32,000 bases of DNA from Micrococcus luteus NCTC 2665. Its GTDB lineage: Bacteria; Actinomycetota; Actinomycetes; Actinomycetales; Micrococcaceae. The DNA lies in assembly GCF_000023205.1 (NCBI RefSeq), contig NC_012803.1, forward strand, positions 1,440,001 through 1,472,000, in the 5' to 3' direction. The translations under genes and the position numbers were made by a program. Below, piece by piece: positions 8,957-18,735 of the stretch (the first letter of the stretch is position 1; each line of letters begins with the position of its first letter). Below the pieces are notes generated by a model. It searched no databases and had not been told where the DNA came from. It worked only from the letters and a program-made list of their open reading frames with translations.

Positions 8957-8960
8957 GGGG

Positions 8961-11066
8961 TCAGGCGTCGATGCGCTCCAGGTCCAGCTCATCGGCGTGG
9001 GAGATGATGAAGTCCTTGCGCGGGGCGACCGCGGAGCCCATGAGCAGGTCGAAGACCCGCTCGGCGGCCTCCACCTCGGCGATGTTCACGCGGCGGAGCA
9101 TGCGGTGGCGCGGGTCCATCGTGGTCTCGGCCAGCTGGTCGGCGTCCATCTCGCCCAGGCCCTTGTAGCGCTGGATCGGCTCGCGGTACGAGCGGCCCTC
9201 CTGCTCCAGGCGGGCGAGCGTCGCGTGCAGCTCCTGCTCGGAGTACGTGTAGATGACCTCGCGTTCCTTGACGCCGCGGGTCACCGCCTCGATCCGGTGC
9301 AGCGGCGGGACGGCCGCGTACACGCGCCCGGCCTCGACCATGGGCCGCATGTAGCGGAAGAAGAGCGTCAGCAGGAGGGTGCGGATGTGGGCACCGTCCA
9401 CGTCCGCGTCCGTCATCAGCACGACCTTGCCGTAGCGGGCCGCATCCAGGTCGAAGCTGCGCCCCGCACCACCTCCGACGACCTGGATCAGCGCCGCGCA
9501 CTCGGCATTGGCCAGGATGTCCGAGACGGAGGCCTTCTGCACGTTCAGGATCTTGCCCCGGATCGGCAGCAGGGCCTGGAAGTCGGAGGACCGGGCCAGC
9601 TTGGCGGTGCCGAGCGCCGAGTCGCCCTCGACGATGAACAGCTCGGAGGAGGCGACGTCGTTGCTGCGGCAGTCCGCCAGCTTGGCCGGCATCGTCGAGG
9701 TCTCCAGGGCGTTCTTGCGCCGCTGGTTCTCCTTGTGGGTGCGCGCGGAGATGCGCGACTTCATCTCGGCGACGACCTTCTCCAGCAGCGTGTGCACCTG
9801 CTGCTTCTGGGCGCGGGCCGTGGAGGTGAGGCGGGCGGTCAGCTGCTTCTCCACCACTTGGGAGACGATCCGCCGCACCGCGGAGGTGCCGAGGATCTCC
9901 TTGGTCTGCCCCTCGAACTGCGGCTCGGCGAGCCGCACCGTCAGGACGGCGGTCATGCCGGCCAGCACGTCGTCCTTCTCCACCTTGTCCGACCCGGCCT
10001 TGAGCCGGCGCGCGTTGGCCTCCACCTGGGCCCGGAACACCTTCAGCAGTGCCGCCTCGAACCCGGACTGATGGGTGCCGCCCTTGGGCGTGGCGATGAT
10101 GTTCACGAAGGACCGGAACACGGTGTCGTAGCCGACGTCCCAGCGCAGGGCGACGTCCACCTCGCACGTGCGCTGCACATCCTGCATGGAGGTGCGCCCG
10201 TCCTCGCCGAGCACCGGGACCCGCTCCTTGAAGGTGCCGGAGCCCTGGATCCGCCACACGTCCGTCACCGGGGTGGCGGGCGTGAGGTGCTCCACGAACT
10301 CGGAGATGCCGCCGTCGTACTGGAAGACCTCCTCGACCGGGCCGTCGGCGCCGGGCGTGCCGGGTCGGCGGCGCAGGTCCTTGACTGTGATCCGCAGGCC
10401 CGGGATCAGGTAGGCGGTCTGGCGCGCCCGCGCCTGGAGCTCCTCGGCGGAGAACGTCGCGTCCTTCACGAAGATCTGCTCGTCCGCCCAGTAGCGCACG
10501 CGCGTGCCGGTCTGCCCGCGCTTGGCCTTCCCGACGACGTCCAGCGGCGAGGCGTCCGTGGACGGCTCGAACGGGGCGTCCGGCGACGGGCGCGACCCGT
10601 CCTGGAAGCGGCCCGGCTCGCCGCGCCGGAACGACATCTGGTGGACCTTGCCGCCGCGCAGCACCTGCACGTCCAGGCGCGAGGACAGGGCGTTGACCAC
10701 CGACGCGCCCACGCCGTGCAGGCCGCCCGAGGCGGCGTAGGAACCGCCGCCGAACTTGCCGCCGGCGTGGAGCTTGGTGAACACCACCTCGACGCCGGAC
10801 AGACCGGTGCGCGGCTCCACGTCCACGGGGATGCCGCGCCCGTTGTCCTCGACCTCGACGGAGCCGTCCGGATGCAGGGTGATCTCAATGGACTGCCCGA
10901 AGCCGGCCAGGGCCTCGTCCACCGAATTGTCGATGATCTCCCAGAGGCAGTGCATGAGGCCGCGGGAATCGGTGGAGCCGATGTACATGCCCGGCCGCTT
11001 GCGGACGGCCTCGAGCCCCTCCAGCACGGAGAGGTGGCGGGCGTTGTACTCGGTGTTCGCGGGCAC
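8961..11066 (-). CDS. parE: Type IIA DNA topoisomerase subunit B. Probably topoisomerase IV ParE / GyrB paralogue.
   Basis: GHKL ATPase motifs EIIDNSVDEA, DNGRGIPV and GGLHGVGASVVNALS. Toprim motifs ELFIVEGDSALGTAK and LMTDADVDGAHI. C-terminal RYKGLGEMDADQL. There is no dnaA/recF/gyrA context, so a ParE-type paralogue is favoured; GyrB versus ParE needs phylogeny. Start chosen at GTG 11066 (M-PANTEYNARHL), 8 nt after GAAAGG and downstream of a TAGGCT -10-like hexamer (minus strand, 11109-11104). The ORF stays open to 11582, and an alternative ATG lies at 11231. Confidence 0.8.
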   Translation of the reverse strand: MPANTEYNARHLSVLEGLEAVRKRPGMYIGSTDSRGLMHCLWEIIDNSVDEALAGFGQSIEITLHPDGSVEVEDNGRGIPVDVEPRTGLSGVEVVFTKLHAGGKFGGGSYAASGGLHGVGASVVNALSSRLDVQVLRGGKVHQMSFRRGEPGRFQDGSRPSPDAPFEPSTDASPLDVVGKAKRGQTGTRVRYWADEQIFVKDATFSAEELQARARQTAYLIPGLRITVKDLRRRPGTPGADGPVEEVFQYDGGISEFVEHLTPATPVTDVWRIQGSGTFKERVPVLGEDGRTSMQDVQRTCEVDVALRWDVGYDTVFRSFVNIIATPKGGTHQSGFEAALLKVFRAQVEANARRLKAGSDKVEKDDVLAGMTAVLTVRLAEPQFEGQTKEILGTSAVRRIVSQVVEKQLTARLTSTARAQKQQVHTLLEKVVAEMKSRISARTHKENQRRKNALETSTMPAKLADCRSNDVASSELFIVEGDSALGTAKLARSSDFQALLPIRGKILNVQKASVSDILANAECAALIQVVGGGAGRSFDLDAARYGKVVLMTDADVDGAHIRTLLLTLFFRYMRPMVEAGRVYAAVPPLHRIEAVTRGVKEREVIYTYSEQELHATLARLEQEGRSYREPIQRYKGLGEMDADQLAETTMDPRHRMLRRVNIAEVEAAERVFDLLMGSAVAPRKDFIISHADELDLERIDA

Positions 11067-11318
11067 GGGGGCGGGCCTTTCGGTGGACGACGGCGACCGG
11101 TCCAGCCTACTCCGCGGGCCGGACACGCCAGGATCCGAGCCGGACGTTCCGGGCCGCCCGGCCCGGGCGCTCGCGTACGCGGGTGGCGAAACGCGGGTGC
11201 GAGGCGGGCGCGCGGGGAAGTTCCCTGCCATCCTTGCTGTTCCATGGGACAAGAGGAGGACCGGCCCGCCCCACCGGCGTCGTCGCCCTCCAGCCCCGAG
11301 AGACCCGAGGAGGACACC

Positions 11319-11528
11319 ATGTCCATCACCGCCGTGGCCGAGCCGGCCGCCCTCACCCGTTCCGACCGCTGCGACCGCTGCGGCGCGCAGGCCTACGTCC
11401 GCGCCGTGCTGCACTCGGGCGGTGCCCTCCAGTTCTGCGCCCACCACGCTCGCGCCGTCGAGGACGCGCTGCGTCCCCAGGCCGCGCTGTGGCAGGACGA
11501 GACGGACCGCCTCACCGCCGGCGCCTGA
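11319..11528 (+). CDS. Small conserved actinobacterial protein with a CxxC...CxHH putative zinc-binding motif; function unknown
   Basis: 69 aa: MSITAVAEPAALTRSDRCDRCGAQAYVRAVLHSGGALQFCAHHARAVEDALRPQAALWQDETDRLTAGA. A strong SD (GAGGAGGA) lies 5 nt upstream of ATG 11319. An in-frame alternative ATG is at 11244. The gene ends at a 24-bp hairpin. It is only the tail of the spurious 843-aa track ORF 8997..11528. Confidence 0.7.
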   Translation: MSITAVAEPAALTRSDRCDRCGAQAYVRAVLHSGGALQFCAHHARAVEDALRPQAALWQDETDRLTAGA

Positions 11529-11534
11529 CGCGCC

Positions 11535-11586
11535 CGGCATGACGAAGGGCCGGACCCCCGCGGGGGTCCGGCCCTTCGTCATGCCG
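11535..11586. terminator. Bidirectional stem-loop between the convergent small CDS and sigA
   Basis: CCGGCATGACGAAGGGCCGGACCCC / GGGGTCCGGCCCTTCGTCATGCCGG. About 23-24 perfect base pairs, checked position by position, with no U-tract. It lies 7 nt after the small-CDS stop and 8 nt after the sigA stop. Confidence 0.6.
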
Positions 11587-11593
11587 CTCCAAC

Positions 11594-13111
<1,518 letters not shown>

Positions 13112-13322
13112 TCGAGGCCTTTCCGTCTCGTCCGCGGCCACCCGCGGATCCTTGCAGTCCATAGACACGTGACCCTGTCAAGTCGCGGCCTCGGACGACC
13201 GACGTCGTCCGGGCCCGCCGACTGCAGGGTCCGTGAGTGCCAACGACGGCTGAGACCGATCTATTCCGAACCCGGGAAACGGGCTGCGGTCGGCCGTGCC
13301 GTCGTGAAGCCGCATCATTCTC

Positions 13323-14381
13323 TCATGGGCGGCCACCGTCGGGCCGCCACGCGGTGGCCGGGTCGGTCGCCCAGCCTGCGACGCACCCCGCGGCCACGAT
13401 GCGTCGCAGGACGGAGACGAACGGGTCGCCGGGACTCAGCGCCGCCGCCGCGGTCAGGTGGGCGTCCGCGTCGGAGCCGTGGCCGCGGGCCCAGCCGACC
13501 CACCCGGCCAGCGCCAGGGCCTGAGCCGCCACGGCCGGCGTCGCGACGGGCACGAGCGCGCGCAGCCCCGCCCGCAGTGCGTCCAGCCGGTCCCAGGCCG
13601 GCGCCCGGCGCGAGGCCGCGGTGAGGATCCGTTCCTCGTCCCCCGGATCCCCCGTGGCCGCGCCGGACGGCGCGGCGGCATGGAGCAGCAGGCCGTCGCG
13701 CCAGGCCGGACGCGTCAGCGGCGAGCCCAGCACGGCGGGTGCGGGCGCACCGCGGCCACGCGCCGTGCCGGTCAGCACCGGCTCCCACTGCGCCAGCCAC
13801 GCGCGGCGTGCCGGGGGCGCGTCCTGCTCGGGCGGCCGCCACCGCGCGTCGTCGGGCCGGGCCGCGGCGGGACCACGACGCGGGACCGGGTCGGACACCG
13901 CCGCGCGGTCCCAGACCGAACCGCGGGTCATCAGGTGCAGGGACAGCGGCGCGGCTCGGGGGTCGAGGGTGCCCTCCTCGGCGATGCTGCTCCCCCACCA
14001 GGGGCGCGCCCGTCCGTGCGCGCACGTCCAGGCCGCGGCCAGGGGGCGACCCGCGGACGCCAGGGCGTCGTCGAGCGCTGCGGCCCAGCCGGGACGGGTC
14101 AGCGTGGCTCGGGCGCCGTCCGGCAACGCGAGGCAGAGCGTCGCGTCCGCTGCCGCGTCCCGCCGGCACACCTCGGCCACGGCGCAGGCCCAAGCGTCGA
14201 CGTCGACCTCCTCGGGAGGCAGATCGACCCGCACCACGGCGCGCAGGCGCCCGTCGTGCAGGGTGAGGAGGACGAGGCTGTCCTCGGGCAACCGCCCGAG
14301 GGCGTGGCCGACGTAGGCGAGCAGGTCCTCCGGGCCGCGGGCCGGCAGGACGGGGGCGTCGAGCGAGGTGGGGGCTTCCAT
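13323..14381 (-). CDS. DUF4192-family protein; function unknown
   Basis: The N-terminus, PEDLLAYVGHALGRLPEDSLVLLTLHDGRLRAVVRVDLPPEE, matches my recollection of the DUF4192 signature (dll..vp..LGf.P..Slvl..l...r......R.DLp). The ATG at 14381 is preceded by GAGGGTGG. It is co-oriented with the PAC2 gene 36 nt upstream and with sigA downstream. Confidence 0.6.
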   Translation of the reverse strand: MEAPTSLDAPVLPARGPEDLLAYVGHALGRLPEDSLVLLTLHDGRLRAVVRVDLPPEEVDVDAWACAVAEVCRRDAAADATLCLALPDGARATLTRPGWAAALDDALASAGRPLAAAWTCAHGRARPWWGSSIAEEGTLDPRAAPLSLHLMTRGSVWDRAAVSDPVPRRGPAAARPDDARWRPPEQDAPPARRAWLAQWEPVLTGTARGRGAPAPAVLGSPLTRPAWRDGLLLHAAAPSGAATGDPGDEERILTAASRRAPAWDRLDALRAGLRALVPVATPAVAAQALALAGWVGWARGHGSDADAHLTAAAALSPGDPFVSVLRRIVAAGCVAGWATDPATAWRPDGGRP

Positions 14382-14417
14382 GCCGCCACCCTCGCCGACC
14401 GGGCCCCCGCGGTGGAA

Positions 14418-15374
14418 TCAGTCCCCGTCGTCGGTGGACGGACGGCCGGGTCCGTCCTCCTGTGCAGGAGCGGACCCGCCGCCGGCGTCCCGCGCGGCGA
14501 GGTACGCCTCGACGGCGGAGGCGAGTTCGTCGCCGTCGGGCAGGCCCTGCTCGGTCTCCAGCAGCGATCGCTCCTGGTCCTCGGCGTTCTGGTCGTAGTT
14601 GCCCTCCAGACCGGCGATCATCTGCTGGATCTCTCCGGACCCGGAGACCTGACGCTCCAGCTCGGCCTCGATGTCCCGCGAGGCGTCTCGCAGGTCGTCC
14701 GAGGGCAGCATGAGCCCCATGGCGGCCCCCGCGTACTCGAGCGCGGCCACGGCCGCCTGGGGGAAGGACGCCTCGGCCACGTAGTGCGGCACATGGACGG
14801 TGTAGCCCGCCGTCGGCAGGTCCGCCTCCTCGGCGCGCAGCTCGAGCATCTGCAGCAGCCCTGCGACGATGTCCGCCTCCGGGCTCCACGTGGACAGCCC
14901 CTCCACGGCGTCGGCGCGGGACCCGTGGGTCGTGACCCCGAGCCGTCGCGTGTGCGGCACCGGCAGCGGGGCCGCATCGAGGAACGTGAGCGAGTCCACC
15001 TCCCACTCCTGCGCCAGGCCGAGCACGGCCTCCGTCACCGCCTGCCACCGGAAGTCCGGCTCGGGGCCGGACAGCAGCAGGAAGGGGTGGCCGAGCAGGT
15101 CCTCGACCAGCTGCACTTCGAGCGCCGGCAGACGCAGATCGCGGTAGCGGTCCCGGTCGAACCGGAGCCGGGGACGCCGGGCGCGGTAGTCGAACATCGA
15201 GTCGACGTCGAAGGAGACGACGGTCCGATGGGTCAGGTGCTCGTGCAGCGCGGCCCGCACCTGGCGGGCGACGCGGCCCGCGTCCATGTGCCCGGTCAGG
15301 GTCACGAGCATGCCCAGGCCGGGGGGCACGGGCGCCCCCTCATGACGGGTGTACAGCGGCGCGGCGTCCTGCAC
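14418..15374 (-). CDS. PAC2 (proteasome assembly chaperone 2-like) family protein
   Basis: MLVTLTGHMDAGRVARQV...VSFDVDSMFDYRARRPRLRFDRDRY...FLLLSGPEPDFRWQ...VHVPHYVAE is typical of bacterial PAC2-family proteins. Start chosen at GTG 15374 (M-QDAAPLYTRHEG), after GGAAGGGGA. The ORF is open to 15482. Confidence 0.7.
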   Translation of the reverse strand: MQDAAPLYTRHEGAPVPPGLGMLVTLTGHMDAGRVARQVRAALHEHLTHRTVVSFDVDSMFDYRARRPRLRFDRDRYRDLRLPALEVQLVEDLLGHPFLLLSGPEPDFRWQAVTEAVLGLAQEWEVDSLTFLDAAPLPVPHTRRLGVTTHGSRADAVEGLSTWSPEADIVAGLLQMLELRAEEADLPTAGYTVHVPHYVAEASFPQAAVAALEYAGAAMGLMLPSDDLRDASRDIEAELERQVSGSGEIQQMIAGLEGNYDQNAEDQERSLLETEQGLPDGDELASAVEAYLAARDAGGGSAPAQEDGPGRPSTDDGD

Positions 15375-15609
15375 GTCTCGTTCCCCTTCCGGTGGTTCGT
15401 CTGCGGGAGAGCCGTCCCCGCCGCCGGGATGGCGGCGGACGCGGATCCCTCCCTGTCCTCTGGCGTCAGTCAACCACGGCACGGCCCCCTCCTATTCCGC
15501 GCCTGCGCCCCCTGGACGGGCGCGCGAGCCCTCTGGCTAGGATGACGCGGGACGGCCCGGCCCACCCCGCCGGGCGCATCCCCCCCACCCCCGGAAGAGA
15601 GGCCCGTCC

Positions 15610-17142
15610 GTGATCACCCTGGACCGCCCGACCCTGACCGCCCGCGCCCTGGAGGACCTGACCGCCTCCGCCCTCGTGGTGGGGGTGGGCACCGGCCCGG
15701 ACGGCCCCGTGCTCCTGACGGACGCGCTGCCTGCCGAGGCGGCCACCGCCCTCGAGGCCTCGTTCGAGCTGCTGGGCGTGCGGGGCGCCGAGGACGAGGT
15801 CCACCGCCTCCCGGGCCTGGGCGGCGTGCCGGTGCCGCTGCTGGTCCTGGCCGGCGTCGGCGGTCTGGACGACGACGGCGAGGCCTCGGACGAGTCCCTG
15901 CGCCGCGCCGCCGGGGCTGCCGTGCGCTCCCTGGCCGGCACCGACGCCGTGGCCCTGGCCCTGCCGGCCGACACCCCGGCGCGGCTGGCCGCCGTCGCCG
16001 AGGGCGCCGTCCTGGGTGCGTACGCCTTCACCGCCCAGAAGTCCGAGTGCGCCCGCGCCGAGGCGGACTCGTCCCGTCCCGTCCGCGAGCTCGAGGTCGT
16101 CACCCCGCTCGCCGCCGCGGACGCCGACCCCGTGCTGCGCCGGGCCGCCGTCGTGGGCGACGCGGTCTGCGCCGTGCGCGACCTGGTGAACACCGCCCCC
16201 TCGCACCTCTACCCGGCCACGTTCGCGGACGCCGTCGCCGAGGACCTCGCGGACTCGCCCGTGAGCGTGGACGTGTGGGACGAGGACCGCCTGCGCGCCG
16301 AGGGCTTCGGCGGCATCCTCGCGATCGGCCAGGGCTCCTCCCGCCCGCCGCGGCTCGTGCGCATCGAGCACGCGCCGGCCGACGCCGCCGCGCACATCGC
16401 GCTGGTGGGCAAGGGCATCACCTTCGACACGGGCGGCATCTCGCTGAAGCCCGCCGCCTCGATGATGACGATGAAGTCGGACATGGCCGGCGCCGCCACC
16501 GTCTTCGCCGTGGTGCGCGCCGCCGCGGCCCTGGACGTCCCCGTGAAGGTGACCGGCTGGCTGGCGCTGGCCGAGAACATGCCCTCGGGCACCGCCATCC
16601 GCCCGTCCGACGTCATCACGATGTACGGCGGCAAGACCGTGGAGGTCATGAACACGGACGCCGAGGGCCGCGTCGTCATGGCCGACGCCCTCGTGGCGGC
16701 CACCAACGAGCACCCCGACGCAGTGCTCGACGTGGCCACCCTCACCGGCGCCCAGCTGGTCGCCCTCGGTGTGCGCCACACCGGCGTCATGGGTGACGAC
16801 GCGCTGCGCGACGAGGCCGTCGCCGCGGCCGACGCCGCCGGGGAGCTCGCGTGGGGCATGCCCCTGCCGGAGCAGCTGCGCGCCTCGCTCACTTCGCGCG
16901 TCGCGGACATCTCCAACATGGGCGACCGCTTCGGCGGCATGATGACCGCCGCCACTTTCCTGCGCGAATTCGTCGACGCCGGACGGCCGCAGGACGACGA
17001 CGCCGCACGGACCCCCTGGGCCCACCTCGACATCGCCGGCCCCTCCTTCAACGAGTCGGCCGCGTACGGCTACACCCCGCAGGATGCCACCGGCGTGATG
17101 GTGCGGACCCTGGTGGGTCTCATCGAGGGGCGTGCCCGGTAA
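15610..17142 (+). CDS. pepA: Leucyl aminopeptidase (M17 family)
   Basis: M17 signatures VGKGITFDTGGISLKP and NTDAEGRVVMADAL. GTG start at 15610. Confidence 0.9.
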   Translation: MITLDRPTLTARALEDLTASALVVGVGTGPDGPVLLTDALPAEAATALEASFELLGVRGAEDEVHRLPGLGGVPVPLLVLAGVGGLDDDGEASDESLRRAAGAAVRSLAGTDAVALALPADTPARLAAVAEGAVLGAYAFTAQKSECARAEADSSRPVRELEVVTPLAAADADPVLRRAAVVGDAVCAVRDLVNTAPSHLYPATFADAVAEDLADSPVSVDVWDEDRLRAEGFGGILAIGQGSSRPPRLVRIEHAPADAAAHIALVGKGITFDTGGISLKPAASMMTMKSDMAGAATVFAVVRAAAALDVPVKVTGWLALAENMPSGTAIRPSDVITMYGGKTVEVMNTDAEGRVVMADALVAATNEHPDAVLDVATLTGAQLVALGVRHTGVMGDDALRDEAVAAADAAGELAWGMPLPEQLRASLTSRVADISNMGDRFGGMMTAATFLREFVDAGRPQDDDAARTPWAHLDIAGPSFNESAAYGYTPQDATGVMVRTLVGLIEGRAR

Positions 17143-17166
17143 GGTTGGTCCCGATGTCCACCGCGT

Positions 17167-17200
17167 CCCCGGCCGCGCGGCCCGCCGCCGGCGGCCGGGG
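17167..17200 (+). terminator. GC-rich stem-loop downstream of pepA; a possible terminator or attenuator
   Basis: CCCCGGCCGC (17167-17176) pairs perfectly with GCGGCCGGGG (17191-17200) around a 14-nt loop, 25 nt after the pepA stop. There is no U-tract. Confidence 0.3.
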
Positions 17201-17257
17201 ATGACGGTGACGCACCACCACCACGATCCACCGATCCCAGCACCAAGGAGCAACACC

Positions 17258-18637
17258 GTGGCCGACAAGGCAACCGCTCAGGAATTCGACGTCCTCGTCC
17301 TCGGCGGTGGCTCCGCCGGGTACGCCGCAGCCCTGCGTTCCGTGCAGTACGGCAAGTCCGTCGCCCTCGTGGAGAAGTCCAAGGTCGGCGGCACCTGCCT
17401 GCACTGGGGCTGCATCCCCACGAAGGCCTACCTGCACGCCGCCGAGGTGGCCGACGAGACCCGCAACGCCGCCAAGTTCGGTGTCAACGCGACCCTCGAG
17501 TCCGTGGACATGGCGAAGGTGCGCGACTACAAGGACGGCATCGTCGCCGGCAAGCACAAGGGTCTGGCCGGCCTGCTGAAGATGCGCAAGGTCCAGGTCA
17601 TCGAGGGCGAGGGCAAGCTCGTCTCGAAGAACGAGGTCGAGGTCGACGGCACCCGTTACACGGCGGAGAACATCGTGCTGGCCTCCGGCTCCGTGGCCAA
17701 GACCATGGGCCTGCCCATCTCCAAGAAGATCATGACCTCCACGGAGGCCCTCGAGCTGGACTACACCCCGAAGTCGGCCATCGTGCTCGGCGGCGGTGTC
17801 ATCGGCTCCGAGTTCGCGTCCCTGTGGAACTCCTTCGGCGTCGACGTCACCATCATCGAGGGCCTGAAGACCCTGGTCCCCAACGAGGACCCTGCGATCA
17901 TCAAGGTCCTCGAGCGCGAGTTCAAGAAGAAGGGCATCAAGACCAACCTGGGCACGTTCTTCGACAAGGTCGAGGAGACGGACTCGGGCGTCAAGGTGAC
18001 CCTCGCGGACGGCAAGGTGTTCGAGGCCGAGGTCTGCCTCGTCGCCGTCGGCCGCGGCCCGAACACCGAGGGCCTCGGCTACGAGGAGCAGGGCGTCAAG
18101 ATGGACCGCGGCTTCGTCCTCACCGACGAGCGCCTGCACACCGGCGTCGGCAACATCTACGCCGTCGGCGACATCGTCCCCGGTCTGCAGCTGGCGCACC
18201 GCGGCTTCCAGCAGGGCATCTTCGTGGCCGAGGAGATCGCCGGCAACAAGCCGATGGTGGTCGAGGACATCAACATCCCGAAGGTCACCTTCACCGAGCC
18301 GGAGATCATGTCCGTGGGCTACACCCAGCCCAAGGCGGAGGAGAAGTTCGGCAAGGACAACGTCGAGGTCGCCGAGTACAACCTGGCCGGCAACGGCAAG
18401 TCCTCGATCCTCGGCACCGGCGGCATCATCAAGATGATCCGCCAGAAGAACGGCCCGATCGTGGGCGTGCACGGCATCGGCAAGCGCATCGGCGAGCAGA
18501 TCGGCGAGGCGCAGCTCATCGTGAACTGGGAGGCGTACCCCGAGGACGTCGCCCAGTTCCTGCACGCGCACCCCACGCAGAACGAGGCCCTGGGCGAGGC
18601 CGCCATGGCCCTGTTCGGCCACCCGCTGCACAGCTGA
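17258..18637 (+). CDS. lpdA: Dihydrolipoyl dehydrogenase (E3)
   Basis: FAD-binding [16 protein letters not shown], redox-active disulfide [13 protein letters not shown] and a C-terminal HAHPT interface motif. Start chosen at GTG 17258, 7 nt after AAGGAG. In-frame alternatives are ATG 17201 (MTVTHHHHD...) and the track start 17132, which overlaps pepA. Confidence 0.9.
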   Translation: MADKATAQEFDVLVLGGGSAGYAAALRSVQYGKSVALVEKSKVGGTCLHWGCIPTKAYLHAAEVADETRNAAKFGVNATLESVDMAKVRDYKDGIVAGKHKGLAGLLKMRKVQVIEGEGKLVSKNEVEVDGTRYTAENIVLASGSVAKTMGLPISKKIMTSTEALELDYTPKSAIVLGGGVIGSEFASLWNSFGVDVTIIEGLKTLVPNEDPAIIKVLEREFKKKGIKTNLGTFFDKVEETDSGVKVTLADGKVFEAEVCLVAVGRGPNTEGLGYEEQGVKMDRGFVLTDERLHTGVGNIYAVGDIVPGLQLAHRGFQQGIFVAEEIAGNKPMVVEDINIPKVTFTEPEIMSVGYTQPKAEEKFGKDNVEVAEYNLAGNGKSSILGTGGIIKMIRQKNGPIVGVHGIGKRIGEQIGEAQLIVNWEAYPEDVAQFLHAHPTQNEALGEAAMALFGHPLHS

Positions 18638-18689
18638 CCCACCGCACTGACCACCCCGGGTCCGTGCGTCGGGCCCACCTCGCAACCCC

Positions 18690-18714
18690 GGGTGGGCGCC
18701 CCCGGCGCCCACCC
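18690..18714 (+). terminator. Stem-loop between lpdA and sucB; a possible partial terminator or processing site
   Basis: GGGTGGGCGCC ccc GGCGCCCACCC, an 11-bp perfect stem with a 3-nt loop. It is followed immediately by the palindrome CCTCATGAGG, which contains the sucB SD. Confidence 0.35.
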
Positions 18715-18735
18715 CTCATGAGGAGCATCGGAACC

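Noticed and set aside
8635-9168. A 177-aa plus-strand ORF running through the repeat array, with a periodic peptide (SFGKRRG...).
   Set aside because: The periodic peptide is simply the translation of the DNA repeat. The ORF also overlaps the 3' end of the topoisomerase gene antisense, and it has no start context.
13176-13181. A TTGACA -35-like hexamer (minus strand) upstream of sigA.
   Set aside because: No acceptable -10 hexamer lies at 16-19 nt spacing; TATGGA is only 12 nt away. I therefore cannot support a promoter call. It is only weak support for preferring the downstream GTG 13111 start.
13265-13290. A 10-mer, CGGGAAACGG, identical to the core of the 8736-8956 repeat and lying in the sigA upstream region. 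A weaker GAAACGCGGGTG resemblance occurs near 11190.
   Set aside because: This is a single short match. My rough estimate is that one chance occurrence of such a 10-mer in 64 kb of two-stranded, roughly 73% GC sequence is not very improbable. The flanks do not extend the similarity. It is worth including in a genome-wide motif search but is not evidence on its own.
15542-15613. A 23-codon upstream ORF (MTRDGPAHPAGRIPPTPGREARP) whose stop overlaps the pepA GTG; a possible leader peptide.
   Set aside because: It has no SD. Its ATG overlaps the only plausible -10-like hexamer (TAGGAT, 15538-15543), so it is probably not on the transcript. The composition looks like random GC-rich sequence.
17201-17257. 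A His-rich N-terminal extension of LpdA ([19 protein letters not shown]) from the in-frame ATG at 17201.
   Set aside because: The GTG at 17258 has a near-perfect AAGGAG at ideal spacing and gives a normal Lpd N-terminus just before the FAD-binding GGGSAG motif. The extension cannot be excluded without N-terminal data.
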